From contig CAVTRY010000008.1 of the NCBI GenBank assembly GCA_963737265.1, forward strand, positions 1,446-65,445: a DNA stretch of 64,000 nucleotides, written 5' to 3'. Origin of the DNA: an uncultured delta proteobacterium (lineage in GTDB: Bacteria > Myxococcota_A > Polyangia > Fen-1088). Numbering within the stretch: the first letter of the stretch is position 1; each line of letters begins with the position of its first letter. The notes below the pieces were generated by a model, which made no database searches, was not told the DNA's origin, and saw only the letters and a list, made by a program, of their open reading frames with translations. Below, piece after piece: positions 36,699-45,778 of the stretch. A program made the translations under genes and the position numbers.

Positions 36699-38716
36699 TG
36701 CGCAACATGCTGAAGGGTATTCCCCTGCTAACCGTGCTGGCGCTCTCCTGCACGAAGCCAACCCCAAACTACTGCGCCAAAAACAGCGATTGCAGCGGCG
36801 GGTTGGTTTGCAATGTGGCGTGGGCGATGTGCGTCGTCCCCGACGCCGCCGTTGCGCCGGTGGTCGACGCGGGGGGCGCCGACGCGCCTGCGGACACGGC
36901 CGTAGACTCGCCGGTGGTGGTCGACGGCGGCGGATCTCCTGTCGACGGCGGCGGATCTCCTGTCGACGCATCCACCGTGGAGGTCGCGCAGACCAGCGAG
37001 GCTGGGCGCCCAGTCGATGGTCGCGTGGCTGATGCTGCCCTGCCGGATGTCTACGTTCCGGATGGACCGGGAACCTGCGGGGTGAACGGCGACTGCACCG
37101 ATCCGACGAAGGCGTTTTGCGTGGCGGGCGTGTGCGTGGGATGCCAGGGAGCGGGCGCGACTGCGTGCGGGGCGCAGGCGTGCGATACGGTTTCGGGGAA
37201 ATGCGTGGAGTGCGTCGCCGATACTGGCTGCACGAAAGATCCGGCAAAGGGTTTCTGCGTGCTGAATGCTTGCACGGCTTGCAGTACCACGGGGGCAACC
37301 GGCTGCGCCCTGCGTTCGGACGGGAGGACGGCTTGCGCACCTAGCGGAGCCTCGGCCGGTCAGTGCGTGGAATGCATCGCGGATGCCGGCTGCACGAAAG
37401 ACCCGGCGAAGGCCTTCTGCGTGGCCAACGCCTGCACGGGCTGCGGTACCAGCGGGGCGACCGGCTGCGCCGCGCGCACGGATGGGAGGACGGCTTGCGC
37501 ACCCAGCGGAGCCTCGGCCGGTCAGTGCGTGGAGTGTCTCGCCGACACGGGCTGCACGAAAGACCCGACGAAGGGCTTCTGCGTGGCCAACGCCTGCACC
37601 GGCTGCAACACGCCCGGCGCGACGGGCTGTACCGGGCGAACCGACGGCAAGCTTGTCTGCGCGCCCAGCGGAACGGCGGCCGGACAGTGCGTGGAATGTG
37701 CCGGGGACAGCCAGTGTACCTCCAATGTGGCCAAGGGCTTCTGCGTGGCGAACGCCTGCACGGGTTGCAACACCCCAGGCGCGACAGGCTGTGCGGCGCG
37801 GACCGATGGCAAGGCCGTCTGTGCCGCCGCCGGGACCCTTGCCGGGCAATGCGTGGCCTGCGCATCCAGCGGCGATTGCAAGGTCGCGACGAGCCCAATC
37901 TGCACTGCCGTCAACGTCTGCGTCGCCTGCACGGCGGACAGCCAGTGCGTTGCAAAGCTCGGCACGACAGGAAACCCCGGCGTGTGCATGAGCAATATCG
38001 ACGGTCATTGCGCGACGGACGCGGAAACCATCTACGTGCATAACGTGACCGGGTGTACGAATAGCACGACCAGCGGGACGGCGGCGGTGCCCTTTTGCGA
38101 TGGCAAATCCGGCGTGAACGCGGTCGCCAGCACGACCGGCAAGATTCTGGCCGTCATGGTGGGTGCCCTGGCCGATTTCAGCATCTCGGTTCCAGCGAAG
38201 GTGGTCACGGTGGTTGGAAAGGGTGCGGTCATCACGCCCGCTGCCTTCAACGACGGCATCGACGTCACGGCCGGCGAGGTGTACCTGCGTGGCATCACAG
38301 TACAAGGAAGCCTGAGCGCGGGAACCAAGATCGGCATCAACGCCGGGACCGGCGTCACCTTGCACATGGACACATGCTCCGTCATCGGCAACCCCGGCGG
38401 CGGCATTCTGCTCAACGGCGCCGCCTTCGACATCGAGGACACCACCGTCACCGGAAATGGGCCGGGGACGACTGGCCCAACCTCATGGGGAGGAATCTTG
38501 GTAAACGCACTTCCCGCCAGCGGCCCGACGACGCTCAACCTGGTGACGGTTCAGAACAACAAGCAGGTGGGGCTGGCCTGCTCCGCCGCCGTCTCCGGCA
38601 CCGGTGTGCTTGCTACCGGGAACGCAGGTGGCGTGGACATCGGCGCCTCCTGCGGCTTCACCTCCTGCTCTACCTCCGCCGCCAGTGCTACCTGCGGAGC
38701 ACAGGGCACCCCGTAA
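36698..38716 (+). CDS. cassette 1 protein B: lipoprotein with six ~54-aa Cys-rich repeats and C-terminal parallel beta-helix-like region
   Basis: Lipobox LTVLALSC. Repeats of CVECxADxGCTKDPxKxFCVxNACTGCxTxGATGC..DG...CAPSG..AGQ. Beta-helix-like ..GNPGGGILLNGAAFDIEDTTVTGNGPG... The start overlaps the A1 stop (TGATG). Confidence 0.75.
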   Translation: MRNMLKGIPLLTVLALSCTKPTPNYCAKNSDCSGGLVCNVAWAMCVVPDAAVAPVVDAGGADAPADTAVDSPVVVDGGGSPVDGGGSPVDASTVEVAQTSEAGRPVDGRVADAALPDVYVPDGPGTCGVNGDCTDPTKAFCVAGVCVGCQGAGATACGAQACDTVSGKCVECVADTGCTKDPAKGFCVLNACTACSTTGATGCALRSDGRTACAPSGASAGQCVECIADAGCTKDPAKAFCVANACTGCGTSGATGCAARTDGRTACAPSGASAGQCVECLADTGCTKDPTKGFCVANACTGCNTPGATGCTGRTDGKLVCAPSGTAAGQCVECAGDSQCTSNVAKGFCVANACTGCNTPGATGCAARTDGKAVCAAAGTLAGQCVACASSGDCKVATSPICTAVNVCVACTADSQCVAKLGTTGNPGVCMSNIDGHCATDAETIYVHNVTGCTNSTTSGTAAVPFCDGKSGVNAVASTTGKILAVMVGALADFSISVPAKVVTVVGKGAVITPAAFNDGIDVTAGEVYLRGITVQGSLSAGTKIGINAGTGVTLHMDTCSVIGNPGGGILLNGAAFDIEDTTVTGNGPGTTGPTSWGGILVNALPASGPTTLNLVTVQNNKQVGLACSAAVSGTGVLATGNAGGVDIGASCGFTSCSTSAASATCGAQGTP

Positions 38717-38738
38717 TCTTCAAGCAAACGGGATCCCC

Positions 38739-39851
38739 ATGGGCAAAGTCTTCATCAACGGTCGTCTCGCCGTCTGGGAAAACGGCCCCGGCATCTCCAT
38801 CGCCTTCCCCGACGTGTGCCTGTGCCCGCCCGGTCCGCCCGCGGGTCCCGTCCCCGTGCCGCTCACCAACACCGTCACCGCCCAAGATCTCGTCAACTGC
38901 GCCGCCACCGTCTTCATCGACGGCCAACCCGTCGCCCACCGCGATTCCTACTTCGCCAAGTCCACCGGCAACGAGGTATCCCGCAACACCGGCGGCGGCA
39001 TCACCAGCCACGCCGTGCAAGGCAAGGCCTACTTCGGCAGCTACTCACCCAACGTCCTCATCGAAGGCAAGCCAGCCGTCCGCCACCTCGACCTCGTGAC
39101 CCACAACCACCTCGACCCCATGCCCACCAACTGCCCGCCCGCCGTATGGGTCTCCGAAGCCAGCCCCGACCTGCCGCCACCAATCCCCAAGAACAAGACC
39201 AACGTTCTTCAGGAAGGCACGGACTGGATCGAGATCTCCTTGGTGGACGAAGCCGACGAGCCCATCCCGTACACGCCGTTTCGCTTCAAGACACCAAAGC
39301 AAGCCTTGGTCGAGGGCCGTTTCCTGTGGGGCGGGAAGCTGACCATTCGCAAAATGGCCCAGGGACGGTGCGAGCTGGTTCTGCCGGAAGTCGATGCCAT
39401 AGCCAACCCAGCCAATCCAAACTCGTCCGCCCGCGCCCCGGCGAACACGATTCGCTATCGTCCGGGGCAGCCGCTCTTGCTGGTGTCGGGAAAAGGCTAC
39501 CGTGTGTTCGTTGCGCAAATGCGAACGCTGTTCGTTGAGTTGCCCCTTCCCCAATCGGCAGCCAAAGCCGACCGCTACACCTTGCGAAGCGATGACGGTA
39601 CGTACGGCGTGTCCAAGACTGTCGCCGACGATCTGGTGAAGGAAGACGACATCCTGACCCTGGCGTTCCCGAAAGTGATCGCAGGGCCGAAGTACGCCCT
39701 GGCCCACGACGACTGCGCCGGACACTCTCACGACATCTTCGCCGGGTTGACCTTCGACAACCTGTTCCCGAAAGAACCGTGCTCGCCTTATGACGAGCCG
39801 GTGGCGGCCACCGATCTACGATTTGGCGTTGGGCAGCGCAGAAACGGATAG
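38739..39851 (+). CDS. cassette 1 protein C: PAAR-like DUF4150 protein with C-terminal extension
   Basis: ..FPDVCLCPPGPPAGPVPVPLTN...VFIDGQPVAHRDSYFAKSTGNEVS..GGGITSHAVQGKAYFGSYSPNVLIEGKPAVRHLDLVTHNH.. matches the DUF4150 (PAAR-like) consensus. 370 aa. Confidence 0.85.
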   Translation: MGKVFINGRLAVWENGPGISIAFPDVCLCPPGPPAGPVPVPLTNTVTAQDLVNCAATVFIDGQPVAHRDSYFAKSTGNEVSRNTGGGITSHAVQGKAYFGSYSPNVLIEGKPAVRHLDLVTHNHLDPMPTNCPPAVWVSEASPDLPPPIPKNKTNVLQEGTDWIEISLVDEADEPIPYTPFRFKTPKQALVEGRFLWGGKLTIRKMAQGRCELVLPEVDAIANPANPNSSARAPANTIRYRPGQPLLLVSGKGYRVFVAQMRTLFVELPLPQSAAKADRYTLRSDDGTYGVSKTVADDLVKEDDILTLAFPKVIAGPKYALAHDDCAGHSHDIFAGLTFDNLFPKEPCSPYDEPVAATDLRFGVGQRRNG

Positions 39852-39855
39852 GACC

Positions 39856-41874
39856 ATGGCCAGGCACAAGATCGACTTCGAGGAAGAAGACCTCAAGCCC
39901 AACTGGCGCTACGAGGTCAAGCCCCGGCTTTACACGCCACCAGGCCAGAACCCGCCGCCGCTGGCGAACAAGAACGGCCCAACACGGGCGGTGGTTCGCG
40001 TAGCGCCAGCGGATCGGCGGCTGGACAACGAGACCCCTGCCGATCCGCAGTCTCCCGACATCACCGGTAGATACCAAAGCGATGGCGCCAAGGAGGCGTC
40101 AGGCAAGCCCGCCTTCCTTCTGCACGTGAACCAGGCCGGCAAGCACGTCGAGGCCTTGCTGGTGCGGCTGCCGCACGGACATCAGCATGGCTCGATCGCG
40201 CAGCAGCGGTTCTATGCGGATCTGAAGGGTGATGGCGTGTTCGCCGCGAGCACGCCCACCGTAGCCGAGGGAGCCACGGTCGAGGGTGTGTCCGGCGAGA
40301 TTCGCCAGCAGGGCGAGGAATTGATCGTCAACCTGCCGGTCTGGGATGGCCTGGACGGGACCACGTTTTATCTGCGCGACAAGCGCGCGACCTTTCTCGA
40401 TCAATCGTTGGATTCCTTGATCGAAGCCGAAGGCGCGGTGGTGGGACAGGATCCGGAGATCAAGGCCCTGGTCGAGAGCATCGAGAACCTGCCGCTTTCG
40501 GATGCCCAACGATCTCGTCTGCGCCAGGTCTTCACACCCGAGATACTCGATCCATTGCTTAAAGATTGCTTCGGCCACGGCTCGAAAGACGACGACATCA
40601 GAAGATCCGCGGTCGTTGGCTCGGCCGAGCAGTTGGACATTTACCTTGGCAAGGCGTTCGACCAGTCAAGCTGGTCACACCAGCAATGGCCGCAGGTGCT
40701 TCAATACGTGCGCACCGTCCTGACGATGCAAACGGTGGTCATCAACGACAGTCGACGCTCCGAGTTAGATTGGATCGAGGCGGTTGCCGCCGAGGCCATT
40801 CCCGATGCCGACTATTTGGTTCATCCGACGGCCACCAACCCAGACAAGGGCCAACCAACAGAGTTACCCAACTTGCGACGCTTGCTGGGGGTGACAGAGC
40901 AATCCGGATACAATGTTGTCCACAAGTACGAGGTGACGGTCGACTTAAAAGCCCACGACACCTCGCCCAAGAGATTCGGTCTGGCACCGTTTCACCTGCG
41001 AGCATACGAGGGAGCCATCAAGATCACCCAGCTCCGCTCGTCCGCCGATGAGGGCTGGCTTTACAGCTACAAGATGATCCTCGTGGGTGGTGCAGCGATA
41101 TTGGGCAAAGGTGGTGCCGAGGACTTGAACGCAAGTGGTTCGTTCAAGTCGAGCACCAACTGGACACCCGCCGACTTTCCGGGGTGGGTGCTTCTTCATG
41201 ACGGCGGGGCCTGGGCTGGAAAGAAACCGCCGAGCGCGAAGGAGACTCTTGGTGTCGGCCACCGAGAAGCGGTCCTGGTCCTGAAAGGCCGGGGCAACCA
41301 TCGCGAGCAACTGTTTCCGCTCAAAGGCGCTGATGCGCTCCGGGATGGGCTCGGTGGTGAGTACTCGTTCACGTGGGGAAGAATCTATGACTTGGATACG
41401 GACCTGTCCGAAATCGACTATAGCCGTCCGATGAAGCACTCGGAACGAGTTGTGACGACGCGAACAGAGGACAACGTCCACTTCGAGTTCGGAAGCGCTC
41501 TGCTCAAAGGCGCCGGGCGATATCAGGTGCGGGTATTGTGCGCAATCTGGTTGCGCTGGTTGGAATCCGCGAGAAGTACCCTTCACATCGTTGGCCACGC
41601 CGACACGGTGGATACGAAACAGCACAACGACGAGCTTTCTCTCATGCGCGCCACGAACGTCGTCCGAGCAATCAAGGGCATTCTCGGCCCCAAGCTCGGA
41701 ATCCCGGATGATGCCATCACGTTCTTTGGTCGAGGGAAACAAGAAGCCGACGAGGACAAATCGGCCAGGGAAAGGGCTGTCGGGCACCGGCTTCGGGATA
41801 CGCCCGACGTTCGATTCCGAAAAGTCGAGATCGAGCTGAATGGGCAATGCGTGCTGGTTCTGTGGGGTGCTTGA
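39856..41874 (+). CDS. cassette 1 protein D: large protein without signal peptide, C-terminal OmpA-like peptidoglycan-binding domain (candidate effector)
   Basis: 672 aa. The C-terminus ..LHIVGHADTVDTKQHNDELSLMRATNVVRAI..FFGRGKQE.. fits OmpA_C (GH.D..G....N..LS..RA..V). It starts 4 nt after the C1 stop. Confidence 0.65.
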   Translation: MARHKIDFEEEDLKPNWRYEVKPRLYTPPGQNPPPLANKNGPTRAVVRVAPADRRLDNETPADPQSPDITGRYQSDGAKEASGKPAFLLHVNQAGKHVEALLVRLPHGHQHGSIAQQRFYADLKGDGVFAASTPTVAEGATVEGVSGEIRQQGEELIVNLPVWDGLDGTTFYLRDKRATFLDQSLDSLIEAEGAVVGQDPEIKALVESIENLPLSDAQRSRLRQVFTPEILDPLLKDCFGHGSKDDDIRRSAVVGSAEQLDIYLGKAFDQSSWSHQQWPQVLQYVRTVLTMQTVVINDSRRSELDWIEAVAAEAIPDADYLVHPTATNPDKGQPTELPNLRRLLGVTEQSGYNVVHKYEVTVDLKAHDTSPKRFGLAPFHLRAYEGAIKITQLRSSADEGWLYSYKMILVGGAAILGKGGAEDLNASGSFKSSTNWTPADFPGWVLLHDGGAWAGKKPPSAKETLGVGHREAVLVLKGRGNHREQLFPLKGADALRDGLGGEYSFTWGRIYDLDTDLSEIDYSRPMKHSERVVTTRTEDNVHFEFGSALLKGAGRYQVRVLCAIWLRWLESARSTLHIVGHADTVDTKQHNDELSLMRATNVVRAIKGILGPKLGIPDDAITFFGRGKQEADEDKSARERAVGHRLRDTPDVRFRKVEIELNGQCVLVLWGA

Positions 41875-42467
41875 TGCGCCGAAGGGCGACGTGCTTCATG
41901 GTCGGGCTCGCCTTCAGTGCAGCGAGTGCTTGCCACAAGAAGACGCCCGAGGGCCTCCCCTTCGCGTACGTCGAGGCCATCTCGGCGATGGCCGACGAGG
42001 CCGTGAAACATTGTGATCGCCTGCTGCACGAGAAGGTTTGCTATGACGTTCTCGGCGACGAGAGAAATCCCAATGCCGATGCTATGGAGGGCGCTCCCCG
42101 CGTCCCCCTCCCTGACAATCCGTTGGGCGGGGCCGCCGAGCTACGCCTGCTTATGGCAAGCTGCGCCTCGACCCACGAACACGACAATCCTCGTCTTTGG
42201 TGCAACGCCAGGAGCCTCGTCAAGACGCGACTCCCGCTGGAGTGCATCGAATTCAGGCTATTCGGTTCGTGGCCTGCGGTGAATCCCCAGGAGAACGAGG
42301 GCATGAGCGTGTCGGTGGCGGCCAACCCGGCATGCAAGGCTCCGTGGGTCGAAGTTGCGGCGGTCCGAAAGACGCCCGGCGGAGACTGGTTCTCGCTCAA
42401 CGCCTACTTCCTACCGAAAAAGTGGCTCGACAAGCATCCAGAGGACGCCAAGGATGCAAAGAAGTAG
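41874..42467 (+). CDS. cassette 1 protein E: small Cys-containing lipoprotein (candidate immunity protein)
   Basis: 197 aa with lipobox GLAFSAASAC. The start overlaps the D1 stop (TGATG). Paralogue at 48908-49486 with a diverged middle and an identical 3' end. Confidence 0.6.
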   Translation: MRRRATCFMVGLAFSAASACHKKTPEGLPFAYVEAISAMADEAVKHCDRLLHEKVCYDVLGDERNPNADAMEGAPRVPLPDNPLGGAAELRLLMASCASTHEHDNPRLWCNARSLVKTRLPLECIEFRLFGSWPAVNPQENEGMSVSVAANPACKAPWVEVAAVRKTPGGDWFSLNAYFLPKKWLDKHPEDAKDAKK

Positions 42468-42535
42468 CGGCACCAGAACAGGCTCGGCGCAAAAAAGCGG
42501 CCTTTTTCGCCGGGGGACCCCTTCGCGATGCTGGA

Positions 42536-42625
42536 AGCGCTTGCCCGAACGCCGGGTAAGGTCCGCAGCCCAACGAATCTGCACGCCGGGCGGCCGGGTG
42601 ACCTTTTCCGCCGACCGGCGGGTGC
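42536..42625. repeat. 42-bp tandem repeat (~1.5 copies) containing palindrome ACCCGGC-G-GCCGGGT variants
   Basis: ..GCCCGAACGCCGGGTAAGGTCCGCAGCCCAACGAATCTGC ACGCCGGGCGGCCGGGTGACC... Followed by a ~190-bp block that is conserved upstream of A2, A3 and A4. Confidence 0.7.
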
Positions 42626-42812
42626 GCCTTGGGCGTCCGGTCAGGCGTTCGGCGTCACGGGTTGGTTCGAGCGAGCGAGTGCGTGCCTATCTTCCGGGTC
42701 GGGGTTAGCATGTCGCGGCTAATAGCTACGTGGATCCGCGGCCCGCGTGTCAAACCGGGCTTCGGTTTCAGCCACCGACCAAATCGACGAATATCCCACA
42801 GAGCCGACCACC

Positions 42813-43721
42813 ATGAGACTACCCGCAGCCTTGCTCTTCCTCATCGCCAGTCATCCCGGTCATCCCGCCAACGCCGGCGTGCCCAACGCCGTGGCCATCG
42901 CGGTGGACACCACCGGCCTCGGCCAGAAAATCGCGGCGCCGGTGCGGGATGGCATCGCGGCCCAGGTCTTGGATGGCCTTCGCGCTGCCAACATCGATTT
43001 CATCCCCACCGAGGAAACGAAGATCGTTGCGCGGATAGTGGATTGCGCTGGACTCGAGTGCCTTCGCAATATCGCCAAGTCCGAGAACCTGGATTGGGTG
43101 GTGCAAGTTCGGGTGCGGGCCAGGGAAGCGACCAAGAAGGGCAAGACCGACTACGTGGTCTCGATCGCCGTGGTCCGCGATGCGCCCGATCGCGGTGCAT
43201 GGCACGAGGAAGCCGACTGCCCCGGTTGCGAGGGCGGCGAGATCGAGCACATGGCTTCACTGATGGCGGGGGAGATCGCTGGACACATTAAGGTCGATGC
43301 TCCGCCAGCCAGCACCGCGCCCGCGCCGGCAAAGGCGCCTTCCGTGGTGGCAACGCAGCCGGCACCGTTGCAAGCACCGCCGCCGCCAGCGACCTTCGTA
43401 AAGCCACCGCTACCAGCGCCGGAGCCTGCCTGGTACGTGCCGCGGTATTGGTGGGTGGGTACGCTCGCGGGCGGGGCGGTGTTGGCGGGGGCGGGTGTTT
43501 ATCTGCTGCACATCGACGGGCGAGGCACCTGCGACTTGGCCGCGCCGAACCAACAATGCGCGGAGAGGTACAAGACGCAGGGCCTTGGCATCGGCATGGT
43601 GGCCGGTGGTGGTTTGGCATTGCTCGGCGGACTTGCGGGGCTGACCCTTTTCGCACCTCCCGCGGGCAGCACGGGCATTGGATTCGATGGCTCTTCAATC
43701 TCGATCTCGGGGGAATTCTGA
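42813..43721 (+). CDS. cassette 2 protein A
   Basis: 302 aa from MRLPAALLFLIASHPG... Near-identical to A3 and A4, and the same architecture as A1. Confidence 0.7.
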   Translation: MRLPAALLFLIASHPGHPANAGVPNAVAIAVDTTGLGQKIAAPVRDGIAAQVLDGLRAANIDFIPTEETKIVARIVDCAGLECLRNIAKSENLDWVVQVRVRAREATKKGKTDYVVSIAVVRDAPDRGAWHEEADCPGCEGGEIEHMASLMAGEIAGHIKVDAPPASTAPAPAKAPSVVATQPAPLQAPPPPATFVKPPLPAPEPAWYVPRYWWVGTLAGGAVLAGAGVYLLHIDGRGTCDLAAPNQQCAERYKTQGLGIGMVAGGGLALLGGLAGLTLFAPPAGSTGIGFDGSSISISGEF

Positions 43722-45763
43722 TGTGGTCACAAAGCGCAACACGCGGACTTCTTCTGGTGGCAATGCTGACAGCGGGTTGCACGGAGCGGAATCCCGACTA
43801 CTGCGCCAAGAACAGCGATTGCAGCGGTCATCGCATCTGCGATGTCGTTCGAGCAACCTGCGTGTCGCCCGACGCCGCCGTTGCGCCGGTAGGCGACGCG
43901 GGGGTCGGCGACGTGGCCGCGGACACGGCCGTAGACTCGCCGGTGGTGGTCGACGGCGGCGGATCTCCTGTCGACGGCGGCGGATCGGCTGTCGACGCAT
44001 CGGCGCCGGTTGACGTCGCGCAGGACAGCGAGGCTGGGCGTCCGGTCGATGCTCGGGTGGCTGATGCTGCCCTGCCGGATGTCTACGTTCCGGATGGACC
44101 GGGAACCTGCGGGGTGAACGGCGACTGCACCGATCCGACGAAGGCGTTTTGCGTGGCGGGCGTGTGCGTGGGATGCCAGGGAGCGGGCGCGACTGCGTGC
44201 GGGGCGCAGGCGTGCGATACGGTTTCGGGGAAATGCGTGGAGTGCGTCGCCGATACTGGCTGCACGAAAGATCCGGCAAAGGGTTTCTGCGTGCTGAATG
44301 CTTGCACGGCTTGCAGTACCACGGGGGCAACCGGCTGCGCCCTGCGTTCGGACGGGAGGACGGCTTGCGCACCTAGCGGAGCCTCGGCCGGTCAGTGCGT
44401 GGAATGCATCGCGGATGCCGGCTGCACGAAAGACCCGGCGAAGGCCTTCTGCGTGGCCAACGCCTGCACGGGCTGCGGTACCAGCGGGGCGACCGGCTGC
44501 GCCGCGCGCACGGATGGGAGGACGGCTTGCGCACCTAGCGGAGCCTCGGCCGGTCAGTGCGTGGAGTGTCTCGCCGACACGGGCTGCACGAAAGACCCGA
44601 CGAAGGGCTTCTGCGTGGCCAACGCCTGCACCGGCTGCAACACGCCCGGCGCGACGGGCTGTACCGGGCGAACCGACGGCAAGCTTGTCTGCGCGCCCAG
44701 CGGAACGGCGGCCGGGCAGTGCGTGGAATGTGCCGGGGACAGCCAGTGTACCTCCAGTGTGGCCAAGGGCTTCTGCGTGGCCAACGCCTGCACGGGTTGC
44801 AACACCCCAGGCGCGACAGGCTGTGCGGCGCGGACCGATGGCAAGGCCGTCTGTGCCGCCGCCGGGACCCTTGCCGGGCAATGCGTGGCCTGCGCATCCA
44901 GCGGCGATTGCAAGGTCGCGACGAGCCCAATCTGCACTGCCGTCAACGTCTGCGTCGCCTGCACGGCGGACAGCCAGTGCGTGGCAAAGCTCGGCACGAC
45001 AGGAAACCCCGGTGTGTGCATGAGCAATATCGACGGTCATTGCGCGACCGATGCGGAAACCATCTACGTGCATAACGTGACCGGGTGTACGAATAGCACG
45101 ACCAGCGGGACGGCGGCGGTGCCCTTTTGCGACGCCACGATCGGCGTGAACGCAGCCGTGAGCACCAACGGAAAGATCCTGGCCGTGCTGACCGGGGCCT
45201 TGAGCAGTTTCTCGGTATCGGTTTCGGCCAAGCCGCTCACCATCGCCGGAAAGGCCACGACGATAACCCCCATTGGATTCAGCGACGGCATCGACGTCAC
45301 GGCCGGCGAGGTCTACCTGCGTGGCATCACGGTGCAAGGAAGCCCGAGCGCGGGAACCAAGATCGGCATCAACGCCGGCACCGGCGTCACCCTGCACATG
45401 GATACCTGCTCCATCGTCGGCAACCCCGGCGGCGGCATCCTGCTCAACGGCGCCGCCTTCGACATCGAGAACACGACCGTCACAGGGAATGGGCCGGGGA
45501 CGTTTAGTGGACTTCCATGGGGTGGTGTCCTTATACAAAACATTCCCGCAAGCGGCCCGACGACGCTCAACCTGGTGACGGTTCAGAACAATAAGCAGGT
45601 GGGGCTGGCCTGCTCCGCCGCCGTCTCCGGCACCGGTGTGCTTGCTACCGGAAATAACAACAACTCACCCAGTCCTTCCGATCAAATCGGCGCCTCCTGC
45701 GGCTTCACCTCCTGCTCCACCTCCGCCGCCAGCGCCACCTGCGGCGCGCAGAGCACCCCCTGA
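43721..45763 (+). CDS. cassette 2 protein B (Cys-rich repeat / beta-helix lipoprotein)
   Basis: Lipobox LVAMLTAGC. The central ~1 kb is almost identical in DNA to B1. TGATG overlap with A2. Confidence 0.75.
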   Translation: MWSQSATRGLLLVAMLTAGCTERNPDYCAKNSDCSGHRICDVVRATCVSPDAAVAPVGDAGVGDVAADTAVDSPVVVDGGGSPVDGGGSAVDASAPVDVAQDSEAGRPVDARVADAALPDVYVPDGPGTCGVNGDCTDPTKAFCVAGVCVGCQGAGATACGAQACDTVSGKCVECVADTGCTKDPAKGFCVLNACTACSTTGATGCALRSDGRTACAPSGASAGQCVECIADAGCTKDPAKAFCVANACTGCGTSGATGCAARTDGRTACAPSGASAGQCVECLADTGCTKDPTKGFCVANACTGCNTPGATGCTGRTDGKLVCAPSGTAAGQCVECAGDSQCTSSVAKGFCVANACTGCNTPGATGCAARTDGKAVCAAAGTLAGQCVACASSGDCKVATSPICTAVNVCVACTADSQCVAKLGTTGNPGVCMSNIDGHCATDAETIYVHNVTGCTNSTTSGTAAVPFCDATIGVNAAVSTNGKILAVLTGALSSFSVSVSAKPLTIAGKATTITPIGFSDGIDVTAGEVYLRGITVQGSPSAGTKIGINAGTGVTLHMDTCSIVGNPGGGILLNGAAFDIENTTVTGNGPGTFSGLPWGGVLIQNIPASGPTTLNLVTVQNNKQVGLACSAAVSGTGVLATGNNNNSPSPSDQIGASCGFTSCSTSAASATCGAQSTP

Positions 45764-45778
45764 CCAAGGCGAGTCCCC

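Noticed and set aside
36728-38365. Long antisense ORFs opposite the cassette genes. Examples: 36728-38365 (545 aa), 43727-45538 (603 aa), 59804-61048 (414 aa), 62239-63732 (497 aa), 39045-39731, 46085-46771 and 61185-61871.
   Set aside because: They lie fully inside better-supported sense genes with recognisable domains. They are Arg/Ala/Gly-rich with no motifs, as expected from stop-codon depletion in high-GC DNA.
42485-42513. Hairpin GGCGCAAAAAAGCGGCCTTTTTCGCC after E1 (and a weaker one after E2 near 49505), considered as an intrinsic terminator.
   Set aside because: The A and T runs are inside the stem and no U tract follows it, so it is not a canonical rho-independent terminator. I noted it but did not call it.
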